Notes under the pieces: generated by a model | Told to the model about the DNA's origin: nothing | What the model saw: only the letters and a program-made list of their open reading frames with translations | Databases searched by the model: none | Shown: piece by piece, positions 25,816 through 36,955 of the stretch | Layout: each line of letters starts with the position of its first letter | Numbering within the stretch: position 1 is the first letter of the stretch | Made by a program: the position numbers and the translations under genes | DNA from: Takakia lepidozioides | Taxonomy: Eukaryota; Plantae; Bryophyta | DNA: 64,000 bases | NCBI GenBank assembly: GCA_030704615.1 | Contig: CM060731.1 | Location: forward strand, 67,518,001 to 67,582,000 | Direction: 5' to 3'

Positions 25816-26014
25816 ATTGTTGGACAATCCATTGTAGAGGTCTTACAGTGTGCAGTGGAAGCAAATTCACCTTTTCTGCTGTATTCAAACGGGACTATGC
25901 CCATAGTGCCACATGTAATTGTTGGACAATCCATTGTAGAGGTCTTACAGTGTGCAGTGGAAGCAAATTCACCTTTTCTGCTGTATTCAAACGGGACTAT
26001 GCCCATAGTGCCAC
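25816..26014. repeat. Tandem duplication with 102-bp period in the SDH2 3' region
   Basis: attgttggacaatccattgtagaggtc...gcccatagtgccaca starts at 25816 and at 25918; the copies look identical by eye. Confidence 0.92.
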
Positions 26015-26678
26015 AGCAAGCAGTTTCTCTCATTTGATGAGGACTACATTGTTGTCTCTTGTCTTTGATTTTCCTTTCCCCCATTAAGCCCATTGAACGT
26101 CCAATGGACGCCGTAAAGTTCTTTTCTTTCTTTCTTTCTTTCTGTTTCTTTTCTGTCTCCATGGGTTGTCATTGGAGGTGCTGTAGAGCAGGCGGTATTG
26201 GAAGCAAGTGGTGTGATGATATGTACCAAGTTTTTGCATATTAAACTTTCCCAGTTGACGTGGTCTATTTAGAGGTAGGAATTGCAGGGAATGTTTCTTA
26301 TTTTCTTTGATTGAAGTGCTCAGAGATTGTGGAGGGATTTCACAAATTGAGTGGTGCCACTACTGTTGCCCTCTCTGGAGACAAAGCAGGGCTGTAGGGT
26401 TTCTTCACCCAAAAATGTTTCAAATAATAACAGCACCCCTTGTTCCAGGTTGCCCTCGTTGCAACATACCCAATCCTTGGGAAATTGTTCTATTTTAATT
26501 TCTTGCAGATACAGAAGGATGCTGAGGATACAATTGCAAGTGGACGATCTTAGTGCATGAAGTGCCCACCGTCTGCCCCCCATGGAATGGTGGAAGTTCA
26601 CTGCTCCAGAAACCTAGCTTGAGATGTGCATTTCACTCTCTTCCACTTCGGGCATTTCGGGCAGGTTCCAAAGAAATT

Positions 26679-26806
26679 GACGACGATGATGTGGCTAGGA
26701 CGACCTAGCTACGATGACGTGTTTATGATGATGTGGCGATGATGACCTGGTGACGATGATGTGCCTACGATGACGTGGCGACGAAACGTGGCGATGATGA
26801 TGTGGC
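26679..26806. repeat. Degenerate minisatellite (gacgatgatgtggc-like)
   Basis: Repeated variants of cgatga(c/t)gtgg(c) over ~130 bp. Confidence 0.6.
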
Positions 26807-28552
26807 ACTATTGGCACCCTATTCCTGCTCTACGCTAAACTAGTAGCCAGAATTTAATAGTGAAACCGAGGTAAAAGGGGCTGGGGAGGATTTGACAGGG
26901 GCCCCGCCGGAGGGGCCCAGGCTGCCGGACCCGGCAAAAGTACTGTCAGTTCGTACGCGTCCATTGAGTTCTTACACATCTTCCAAATTTCATTTAATGA
27001 AATTTCCAACCTTAGTAGCGAAGGCTGTCACTCCTTCATCCAGCTAAATCGTCCATTTTGTGATGATGAACGTGCGCATAACCAAGAGCTAATATCCATC
27101 CATCCAATGCAACGGCTAGCCTGACTAGCCTGTTTGAGTGTGTCTGAGCTACTGCTGTTAAATTTTCATATGGGTTCTTTGTGAAGGCTCCAGGGATTCT
27201 TGGAAGCTGGAAGAGGGAGGCTCGTAGCGTTGTGTAGAGATAGATGGTATGGCTGACTGTTTCGACAGGTATATCTACACTGAAGTTGGAATCAAAGTTT
27301 TTGGAGAAGAAAGTCAAGAAAGTGTAATCGAAGGAAAAAGGCTGATGGCCTCCTTCCAAAATGGTAAAGCTCAAAGTGTAGTGCAACATATGAGAGAATG
27401 AAAAGAAGTGGGGCCCCCTTCCTGGGCATCTGACATTTGTAAATAGTCTCAAATGGAAGTCTTGCCTCTGTGACCATGTAGAACCCCTAAGACAGGACGG
27501 GGGTACCAAACAAACAGATACCTACAAGATCTTGACTGCCTTGATTTCCTTGATCCATGCCACTCTACCCATGTGACATTCTTTACCTAAGTATGTTACA
27601 TAGAAACCATGTCTAGCATATACAAGTGGACAATGTCAAACATTGTAAGAAGCCACACCTGTCATGTCAGGTGAGACATCTAAGATTCTAAGTTTTATGT
27701 GGGTTAGCTGCATACCACTCATGTCAACCCCAAACCACACACCAGTGAAAGTGAGCTGGTAGTAGTTGACCCTTCAGTGGCTTCAAACTCTAAGAGACAA
27801 ACCGAGGTTCATATGAGGCCATTTGGGTACATGAGACGAAATACAACACTACATTGAAGCTGACTACATATTGTAGAATGTGAATCTATAGCATCCTGTA
27901 GCCCACAAGTGACACAAGGTCAAGCTCAATTAGCACGAGGGATTGGCGCTGCCCTGCTGACATCTGATAGGCCTCCCCGCATGGAAACTCACTCCACACC
28001 TTTACTGGCTGCAACCTCCCCTGCCAACCCAACACTCACACTTTACTCCCTCACCCTTTCCTGCTTTCCTTGAAACCTCTTCTTTCTCCCAAAGTATCAT
28101 GAAAAAGACACTAATTGAGTAACGTAAAGAACGAGAGGGAGAGGGAGAACTGAGTTTGCAGAGAATCACACAACCATTACATCTCACAATGAAAATCGTG
28201 GGTGGTTGGGGAGGGACATACTGATTGAGATTTCATATCTGGTTGTTGTGATTGCTCAGCCATTACCAGCTTCAGGTCGATTCCAACATCCACAGGGAAC
28301 AGTACTTGACTTCCACCACATTCAATCTGATCTGTTTTATGGTGGTTTCTACTCTCAACCAATCTTGGTCTTCATGTTCTGATGTACCAAGGAGTAGCTT
28401 GTATGTGACTAGGGGACTACATCCCAATGGCCCGACTGCGAATGCCACCCATTGATCAATCATCCATCGACCAATTTGTAGCAATCATGCAGGAATATCT
28501 GGAACCAGCAGTTTAGTGGGACAGTGCACTTTCTTTAATGCATATGCTTGTT

Positions 28553-31500
28553 TCACCAGTAATCCCCACAAGAACATATCCCACCTTCAAAATGGTGAAA
28601 TCGGCTGGCATCCCGTACAATAACTGACCGACCAACAATCTTGGAGATGAACTTGGTGGCAGTGTGGCAGTCACCACAAACCCGAAGGTTCTTGATGATG
28701 CGGACAGGCATCCCAGGGGATGTGCTGATCAGACCAAAAGCAATGGCCAGCTTTTCACTGTGGTGGCAAAGAGAAATTTCTTTTTGCTCCTCTTCCACAT
28801 CATGCAATACGACCCGTGTGTCAGGCACGTACCCAGCCTCCATCAATTGCCCAGACAATCTCCTTAGCTCAACATGGATTTCCTCGATTTGTGGATGCAA
28901 TTTGTCTCCTACAAGGAATGTATGAACATGGTTGTCCACCTCAATGCAGCTGTGCCCTGGCTCCTTTCTGATACCTCTGTCCTGCATCATTTGTCTCACC
29001 TTTGCTGTGTCATCCCACCTGCCAGCAGCAGCATAAATGTTTGATAGCAGCACATAAGTTGCAGCATGCTGTGGATCCCACTTAAGAAGGCATTTTGCAA
29101 CACGTTCTGCGACCTCCACATTGCCATGAATTTGACAGGCACCAAGCAAGGGCCCCCACACCACAGCATTTGGTTCAATTGGCATTCTGTGAATGAAGTC
29201 CTCAGCCTCATGCAATTTCCCTGCCCGGCCAAGAAGGTCCACCATACAGCCAAAATGCTCCACCGTAGGAGTGAGGCCATGATCTCGACTCATGAAATGA
29301 AAGTAGTGACAACCTTCATCAACCAGGCCCACATGGCTACATGCACAGAGAACGCATATAAAGGTAATACCATTCGGTTTCAAGCCTTCCTCTCGCATTT
29401 GTTCAAATAGATGCAGGGCCTCCCTACTACACCCATTCTGAACATATCCTCCAATCATCGTATTCATTGAGACCACATCTCGTTCAGCCATTTTGTCAAA
29501 CAATTGTCGTGCACCCATTATGTTCCCACATTTGGCATACATGTTCACAAGAGCAGTCTCCAGTATAATATCTGACACGATTCCTGCTTTGATTATGTCA
29601 ACATGGACCTCTGTGCCCTTATCCAGGGCTGCTAGGCTTGCAGATGCATTGAGAATGCAAATGAATGTGACCTTGTCGGGTGTCACCCCTTCCTGTAGCA
29701 TTTGCTCATAGATATCGAAAGCCTCCACAGCGTACCCTTGCTGGGCATATCCTGAGATCAACACACTCCACGTGACCACATCTCGTTTGGCCATTTTGTC
29801 AAACAATTGACGAGCTTCCTCCACGCTCCCACATTTGGCATACATGTTAACAATGGTATTTTCTAAATTGATGTATGATGCAATTCCAAGTTTGATAATG
29901 TCAGCATGGACCTGCTTGCCCTTTTCCACATCTGCGATGCTGGCACAGGCATTAAGGACACAAATATACGTGACATGGTCGGGTGTCACCCCTTCTCGTA
30001 TCATTTGCTCATATATTTCAAAAGCCTCGTTACCACAACCATGCTGAGCATATCCTGCAATCATTGCATTCCATGAAACCACGTCTCGGTCAGCCATATT
30101 GTCGAATACCTGACGTGCATTGTTCACACTCCCGCATCTAGCATACATATTGACAAGGGCATTCTCCAAGTTGATATATGATGCAATGCCGCCTTTCATG
30201 ATTTCAGCATGGACCTCTTTGCCCTTTTCCAGGGCTGCCGGACTGGCACACGCATTGAGAACGCAAATGAACGTAACTTTGTTAGGCGTCACCCCACCCC
30301 TAATCATTTCTTCATATATCTTGAAAGCCTCCATACCACACCTATGCTGAGCATATCCTGCAATCATTGCATTCCATGAGATCACATCTCGTTCAACCAT
30401 ACTGTCAAACACCTGACGTGCATCCTTCATGTTCCCACATTTAGAGTACATGTCCACAAGGGCAGTCTCTAGAATAGTATCTGGCACAATTCCAGCTTGG
30501 ATGATGTCAGCATGGACCCCTGTGCCCTTTTCCAGGGCTGCCAGGCTGGCACATGCATTGAGAACACAAATGAACGTAACTTTGTCAGGTGTCACTGATT
30601 CCTGTATCATTTGCTCATAGATCTGGTAAGCCTCCATACCATACCCATTCTGCGCATATGCTGCAATCATCGCACTCCATGAGACCACATTTCGTTGAGC
30701 CATATTGTCAAACACTTGACGTGCATCCTTCATACTCCCACATTTGGCATAAACATTGACGAGGGCAGTCTCGAGAATGACATCTGGCACAAGTCCAGCT
30801 TTGATGATGTGAGCATGAACATCTTTGACCTTTTCCAGGGCTGCTGAACTCTCACATGCATTGAGAATACAGGTGAACGTAACTTTGTTGGGTGTCACCC
30901 CTTCCAGTATCATTTGCTCATAGATCTTGAAAGCTTCCATAACACAGCCATGCTGCGCATATCCTGTGATCATCGCATTCCATGAGACCACATCACGTCC
31001 AGCCATATTGTTGAACACTTGCCGTGCGTCCTTCATGTTCCCACACTTGGCATACATGGCAGCAAGGGCAGTCTCAAGAATGACATCTGGAGCTATTCCT
31101 GATTTAATGATGTCAGCATGAACCTCTTTTCCTTTTTCCAGGGCTCCTAGGCTGGCACACGCCTTGAGAATGCAAATGAATGTGACGTTGTTGGGTGTCA
31201 CACCTTTCCGTATCATTTGCTCATAGATCTCGAAAGCCTCCTTACCACACCCATGCTTCACATATCCTGCCATCATTGTAGTCCACGTAAACACATTATC
31301 TCGTTTAGGAATGCTGTCAAATACTAGGCGTGCATCCACCACCCTCCCACATTTTGCATACATGTTGACAAGGGTGTTGAGTAGAAAGAGGTTTGGCTTG
31401 AATGCACTTTGTACAATGTGGGCATGAACCTGCTTTCCCATTTCAAGGTTACCAGTTTTGGTGCACTCCCGCAATAGACAGACATATGTATCAGAGTCTG

Positions 31501-31690
31501 CCAACATGCCTCGTTGATTCAAAATGTGCAGCACCTCTTTCAGTTGCCCTGCCTTGCATATGGTCCTCACATCTCCTAAAAGAGTGCTAGAAGAGTTGTT
31601 GTTGACTCCCTCCCTTGCTCCTCTTGCAAAAGAAGCGGTCATTGCGGAGGTGCCTGATTTAAAAAACTGCGCCTGATTCAACCCTGCCAT
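28553..31690 (-). CDS. PLS-class PPR protein with E1-E2-DYW cytidine deaminase domain (organellar C-to-U RNA editing factor); main exon, possibly extended by upstream PDF-motif exons
   Basis: 1045-aa ORF: 23 repeats arranged L-S-(P-L-S)x6-P2-L2-S2, then E1, E2, PG box (KEPGHSCIEV), catalytic HSEKLA and CGDCH, and terminal CSCGDYW. Confidence 0.96.
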   Translation of the reverse strand: MAGLNQAQFFKSGTSAMTASFARGAREGVNNNSSSTLLGDVRTICKAGQLKEVLHILNQRGMLADSDTYVCLLRECTKTGNLEMGKQVHAHIVQSAFKPNLFLLNTLVNMYAKCGRVVDARLVFDSIPKRDNVFTWTTMMAGYVKHGCGKEAFEIYEQMIRKGVTPNNVTFICILKACASLGALEKGKEVHADIIKSGIAPDVILETALAAMYAKCGNMKDARQVFNNMAGRDVVSWNAMITGYAQHGCVMEAFKIYEQMILEGVTPNKVTFTCILNACESSAALEKVKDVHAHIIKAGLVPDVILETALVNVYAKCGSMKDARQVFDNMAQRNVVSWSAMIAAYAQNGYGMEAYQIYEQMIQESVTPDKVTFICVLNACASLAALEKGTGVHADIIQAGIVPDTILETALVDMYSKCGNMKDARQVFDSMVERDVISWNAMIAGYAQHRCGMEAFKIYEEMIRGGVTPNKVTFICVLNACASPAALEKGKEVHAEIMKGGIASYINLENALVNMYARCGSVNNARQVFDNMADRDVVSWNAMIAGYAQHGCGNEAFEIYEQMIREGVTPDHVTYICVLNACASIADVEKGKQVHADIIKLGIASYINLENTIVNMYAKCGSVEEARQLFDKMAKRDVVTWSVLISGYAQQGYAVEAFDIYEQMLQEGVTPDKVTFICILNASASLAALDKGTEVHVDIIKAGIVSDIILETALVNMYAKCGNIMGARQLFDKMAERDVVSMNTMIGGYVQNGCSREALHLFEQMREEGLKPNGITFICVLCACSHVGLVDEGCHYFHFMSRDHGLTPTVEHFGCMVDLLGRAGKLHEAEDFIHRMPIEPNAVVWGPLLGACQIHGNVEVAERVAKCLLKWDPQHAATYVLLSNIYAAAGRWDDTAKVRQMMQDRGIRKEPGHSCIEVDNHVHTFLVGDKLHPQIEEIHVELRRLSGQLMEAGYVPDTRVVLHDVEEEQKEISLCHHSEKLAIAFGLISTSPGMPVRIIKNLRVCGDCHTATKFISKIVGRSVIVRDASRFHHFEGGICSCGDYW

Positions 31691-31905
31691 CCTGCATTAC
31701 TCACAACTCTTAGTTCCAAACCTTTGCATGCAAACGCACATACCATATTTTCTATACTACAAACAAGATTCTCCTAATGAAGACATGCTCCTTGCTATAT
31801 ATTAACAGGGTAACAAGTATACTGCAGTTATCTCATTTCGGCAGACATTATACAACCCTATTTGCTTTAGTTTGAACCCTTACATCATCATCGTCTAAAC
31901 AATAC

Positions 31906-32463
31906 CTCTTGTACTCTCCATGTGGGGCTCCATCATGTACACTGACATTAGAACCATCACCATATTGTCGTCCACCTCGTATCATGGCAGACAATTGTGT
32001 CTCCACCCAAGGAGGGTGTGACAGACCCACAAGCCAAAGGACATTGTTTGTGCACTTATGGCTGCAGTCCGGAGACCTTGGACTTCTCTGTGCATAGCAC
32101 CAGTCGGCAGATCAGCACAGGATAGGCTCCAACCACCAAATCTGCAGGCATGTTCCAAACGACTGGGAACAACCTTGAGAAACCTGCTTCATACAACCTA
32201 CTGACAACAACAGTAAGGACCGCCCTTGTTGCTTTGGGTGCCAAAATTCCTTAGAAAAGTTAATCTATTCTACAAAACATGATTACCTTCTATCAGAAGC
32301 TCTCCTTTGGCAGACTATTGCAGCTCTAAAATGATGACCTCACCTTATCAAACTTGTTGTCCCACCACTGTGAAGGATACCAGAAGAACTCCTGCCAGTG
32401 CCGTTCATTGCTAGTTGCTTGATCTGAATCCAAGAACTGCAAGAATATGAGAACTTTGCCCAT
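31906..32463 (-). CDS. Candidate upstream coding exons with an OSB-type PDF motif, in frame with the PPR-DYW ORF
   Basis: 32423-32344 (or from ATG 32463) encodes DQATSNERHWQEFFWYPSQWWDNKFDK, followed by GTGAGG. After CAG, 32087-31906 encodes RSPRSPDCSHKCTNNVLWLVGLSHPPWVETQL...GEYK-AG, followed by GTATTG. The acceptor CAG|G-ATG at 31691 restores the frame. Confidence 0.6.
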
Positions 32464-33661
32464 GTAGAATTCAATGATTTCTCTTTTGTCATTATCTGCT
32501 CATGTTGTACCAAGAAGATACTACCAGAGCATGTTATGACTAGACCGCCCTTCAAACCAGGCAGATTGTTGGTGACACTCACTTTCGTCCACCAACTGTA
32601 TTAGACCATAATCTGAACACCAGATTGTCCTCAACTTTGTATCATGGCAGATACTTCTGCTTTCACCCAAGGAAAGAACCTTCAAGCCAAAGGCCATGTT
32701 TGCGAGCCTATGTCTTAAGTCTGATGATATTGGACTGAAAACCGCCGTTTACCTCAGGACCCTACCGTCAACAACAGCCTGTCATAGACCAGGCTGAAAC
32801 ACCAAAGCAAAATTCAACCTTGAAGACCCTACTTGAACAATGTAGTGATAGAATACTGCTTTTGCTGCAGTTTCACGACCTAGAGCACAATTGTCAATTA
32901 TCCAAGCAGAATGGAGACCTAACCCAGTCCACAAATAACATCATGCTAGCTCCAGTCACAAGCTCTGGTTTACCAAAGTAATTCACAACCTAAATCCAGA
33001 TACCCTCACCTTATCCAACTTGTTGTCCCACCAGTGTGAAGGATCTGAAAAGAACTGCCAGGACTGTTCTTTGCTCATTGCTTGACCTGTATACAAGAAT
33101 TCCAAGCACATAAGAACTGTGAGATTCTGACTCGCTACTGAGGACTGCTACTCTTAACTTTTCAATAATCTCTCTCCCAGCATTTGCCCTTTTATCAAGG
33201 GGGGTGTGACTTGCAGTGCAATGACACCCAAATTGTCAACGTCTCTGACAGATTCTTGAGCAACATTGCTGCAATGCTTTTTCAGTAGAATACAACCCTA
33301 CTCAATGCTTCCTAATCGCGTTTCAATTAGCTGTGCACGAGCTTGTGGGTTAAGTTTCCATCAACTGACTCTGCGAGGCTTCCTATTCGGCACACTATGC
33401 CCTCACGGAACAGACATTATGTAACTTCCTTTTTCTCTGAACTTTATCCATCCTGAGGTACCCCATAAAAGCTAAGGCTGGAAGAAGGCGTGTAAGGGAC
33501 CAATACATCTCTCTCTCATTCAATTCAATGAATGGCAAAGCAGACATATATCAAAATTACCAGCAGACACTGAAATCTGTACCTTTCATCAGTTTCCATG
33601 GAGGCTCAGAGGCTTTTGCCCTTAGGCTCGCTCGCAGGAGAGAGGCAGAGCGGCCCGCCAT
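32464..33661 (-). pseudogene. Eroded 5' exons of the minus-strand PPR gene: presequence-like first exon and a second, broken PDF motif
   Basis: 33661-33583 MAGRSASLLRASLRAKASEPPWKLMK then GT. 33086-33010 QAMSKEQSWQFFSDPSHWWDNKLDK then GT. ~32736-32600 SPISSDLRHR/LWLEG/PWVKAEVSAMIQS* has frameshifts and stops. The exon between 33480 and 33130 also contains stops. Confidence 0.6.
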
Positions 33662-34362
33662 CCCCGCACCTTGCGAGAAATGAAAACCAAGTCCGATCAC
33701 ATACAAGAAAACAGTCCACACTTGTCACATGTACTTTTGTCATATATACACTTTTAGGTTTTTGTGTTTTGCGGGAGTAAATGTGGACAGAAACTCCGAG
33801 AAAGGCGAGTGAATGGCAGTTGCTACTTTGCGCCCCGTTGTGCAACTATTTCATGCTCATCGGTCATCCTGTGCCCACAAGGCTGTCCGCCATCGTTCTC
33901 CGTCATCACATATTTTCCCCTATGTACACTGCTAAACAAACTGATCGGCCTATGGAATCTTAAGCCCGAGCTTTGGAATCTTTCAAAGTATGGCCCTTAT
34001 TGCGCACCATCTTTCCGTGCCCACACAAGATACTTTGGTCTATCGCTGGTAGCAGGCATCATCCTCAAAGAATGTGGGCCTTCAGTGTAACTGCATCAAA
34101 ACCCATTTCCAGAAAGATAGGTGTGAGACTCAAGTTTAACAGAAGATGGTGATTCAGGGAATGCTGGAGGCTAGACTCCATACTTCTACAGCGGTTGCAT
34201 CCTTGTTAGACTTACTGTTGAATTCCTTATATGGGTTGTGGTGAAGCAAGAGCGGACCTTTCCTGCTGGGTGGAAATCATCCATGTGGCACAAAAAATGT
34301 AGAGCCATCTCATGCAGACGCTTGGAGGTAATTACTAGAGATGCTGGTCATTGAGGACGGGG

Positions 34363-36955
34363 ATGCTGCAGGCAATGTTTCCATTAGCAGAACCACGAGG
34401 AAGAACTTGTCTTTCAACCGTATCTTACATATGGAGATGGAGAAATGGAGATGTTCCATCGAGCGAAGGGCGTGCAGTCCGTGTCAGAAGGAATAGACAT
34501 GTTGATGCCAAGTCACAGTGGTTGCAAAATGGATATGAAGCTGACAGAAATGGAAGGAACACGGAGGCAGATAGTTGTGCCTTGGCAAGTGCCGTGTGGG
34601 GAAAAACTCGAGGCACACATACGGTGCTATCGTCCAGGAGATATGCTGGAGAACTTTCCACCTCTTCTTCCTCTACAAACAATTGGGAGGATCTGTTAGC
34701 AAGGGATCAATACAGAGAGGAGCGTGGATTGAATAGACGATTAGTAGAGGCTGCTGATGCTGGCTCTGTGCTTCGTTTGGTTACCCAGGTGATGGGCAGT
34801 GCACGCTGGGCCAAGAAAATGCCTCTCAGTCCGCTCAATTCGGCCACCGCCCTTCACAGGGTCGCCAAGCATATGGAGAGGACGTCAATGTCCAAGAGCG
34901 AGAGGCTTACGTTCGCAAGAAAAAAGGACATGGTGCAGCTCGTCAGTGCAGCTATGCTGGCTTTACCCGACTGCTCTGCCCAGGGCATCTCCAACATTGC
35001 ATGGGCTCTCTCTAAAGTGGGTGGACATTCACTGTACTTCGATGAGATGAACTGGGTTGGTGACGCTGCTTTGAATCGAAAGCTGGAGTTTAACCCCCAG
35101 AACATTGCCAATACAGCAGGTGCCTTGGCTTCCATGCAGCATGCTTCTCCTGCTCTCTTTCTGGAACTGGCCACGCAGGCAAGCCTTGTTGCTCGGAGCT
35201 TCCGGCCGCAAGAGCTTGTCCAACTCCTTTGGGCATTCGCCAATTTGTATCAGCCCGCGGACCCACTCCTTGATGCTCTCGACTCTTTTCTAGAACCAGG
35301 GGAAGGGGCGGAGCAGCCCACGGGAACCGCTGCACAACATGATTTGTTCAATGGCTTCAGTCTACAGCAGCTTGCCAACATGGCATGGTCATATGCTGTG
35401 CTCGGCCAATTAGCCCGCCCTTCTTTTGCTCAGCTGTGGGCAGCCCTCATTGCCAGTTGGAGGGCTGCTACATCACAGTGCAAACCTGATTTTCAATCCA
35501 AGGATATGTTACATCTGTCACAGCTGTATCAGGTAAATCTGAGTTTGCAATTAGAACTTCCTGATCTAGGCCTGGCTTTAGGGAGTGCTTTCGAGGAAAT
35601 CTTGGCAGGGGCTTGGAAGGAGGAGAAGGCAGGTACCAAGTGGACGTCTAACCATCAGAAGGAGGTAGATCGCCTGCTGGTTGGGACGGGACGAAATTGG
35701 GTGTCAGAGTATCGGGCAGCTGAATATACGTTGGACCTTGCTTTGGTGGAGGCCAGGCTTGCTCTTGAGATTGATGGTCCGACACATTTTACTCGCAATA
35801 CAGGTGAGTGCATTTTCAGTCTCTATTGAGGGACATTTGTTGACAATGCAGGAAAGAATGCACATATATGCATGACACCTAAAGGCACTGTGAGTATATG
35901 CCATTATGTCAGCTAATTCTTTAAAGCAGAAGTTGTAGTCAAGAAGATGCCTACCAGCAAATATTTGAGTTTGGATATCCTGATGGCACACACCTAGGCC
36001 ATCAGGGTATGCCGACCATATGCTATTGACTAATATTTCTATAAAACAAAGCCACACCAACCAACTTCTGGACCCTGAACTCTCTTATCCGTTTCTCATC
36101 TCAATCTATCTATTTGCATATGATGCACAAAGTCTACTTTGTTTCTGTTAACAAAAGAACAGATCTCACTTCAAACAAGATCCTCAAGGATGTGAAAGGA
36201 AGCATAAGCTTAATTAAGTGGGGGAAAGGGGGAAAGGCATGGATATCTGGTGGCTGTACAGGTTTGTGCAGCTATAATGCTTAGCAGTTTTGTACACAGG
36301 AACACTTCAGAACCAGGATGAGGTAAAGCTCATCCTTGTCCATGGCAACCAATCAGTGCCTGAGAGCCCTCTATGTTGAGGTGGTCCAGCCAGAAGGGAT
36401 CAAACCACAGTAAATATTTTTATTAGCTGATGCCTGTTCATCTTGCTTTGCAGGTACACCACTTGGCCACACTGCGTTGAAGCGTAGGCTCTTGGCTGCA
36501 GCTGGATGGATGGTTATTCCCCTACCTTACCAAGAGGTAAGACTGAGCGTTAGAGCTTGTCCAATATGCAGAGGCTCAGTTTTCCGCAAAGACAAATAAA
36601 GAAGAAAATGTAGACATCCATAGGAGGCCCTTTGTGTCTATGGGGCCAAAAGGAGTCAGAAAAGCCAACCATAAGATTATAGAGAAAACAAAGTGTGAAA
36701 TATGGATTATATGTCCGTGGGAGGGTCAACGGGCTTAAAAAGGTGGATGTACATTCATGCAGTAGATCCACAGAATTTGAAGGCCTGAGTTGGAGGAAAG
36801 GATGAAAAACTTTACATGTTTGAGCTTGACTTTGTCAGGAGCCTATTCTCACAAGGTGTGGCTGCCTCTTACAGTGGGAGGAACTACGAGGCGAGGGGGA
36901 GCAGATGAAGTATTTGCAAAAACTTCTTGAGGGTTTCATCACACATGTAAATTGA
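34363..36955 (+). CDS. RAP: RAP-domain (OPR-type) organellar RNA-binding protein, similar to Arabidopsis RAP
   Basis: Exons 34363-35803 (PLSPLNSATALHRVAKHME; CSAQGISNIAWALSKVGG; FNPQNIANTAGALASMQH; YTLDLALVEARLALEIDGPTHFTRNT), 36454-36536 (GTPLGHTALKRRLLAAAGWMVIPLPYQE) and 36875-36955 (WEELRGEGEQMKYLQKLL...*). The start codon is uncertain. Confidence 0.88.

Noticed and set aside
28553-28960. DYW:KP-type (U-to-C) editing domain
   Set aside because: The domain has a canonical PG box, HSEKLA and a DYW terminus, which is the C-to-U type.
28641-31590. Many short antisense ORFs inside the PPR gene, and likewise at 43511-44047
   Set aside because: They are shadows of the repetitive PPR coding strand, with no independent motifs.
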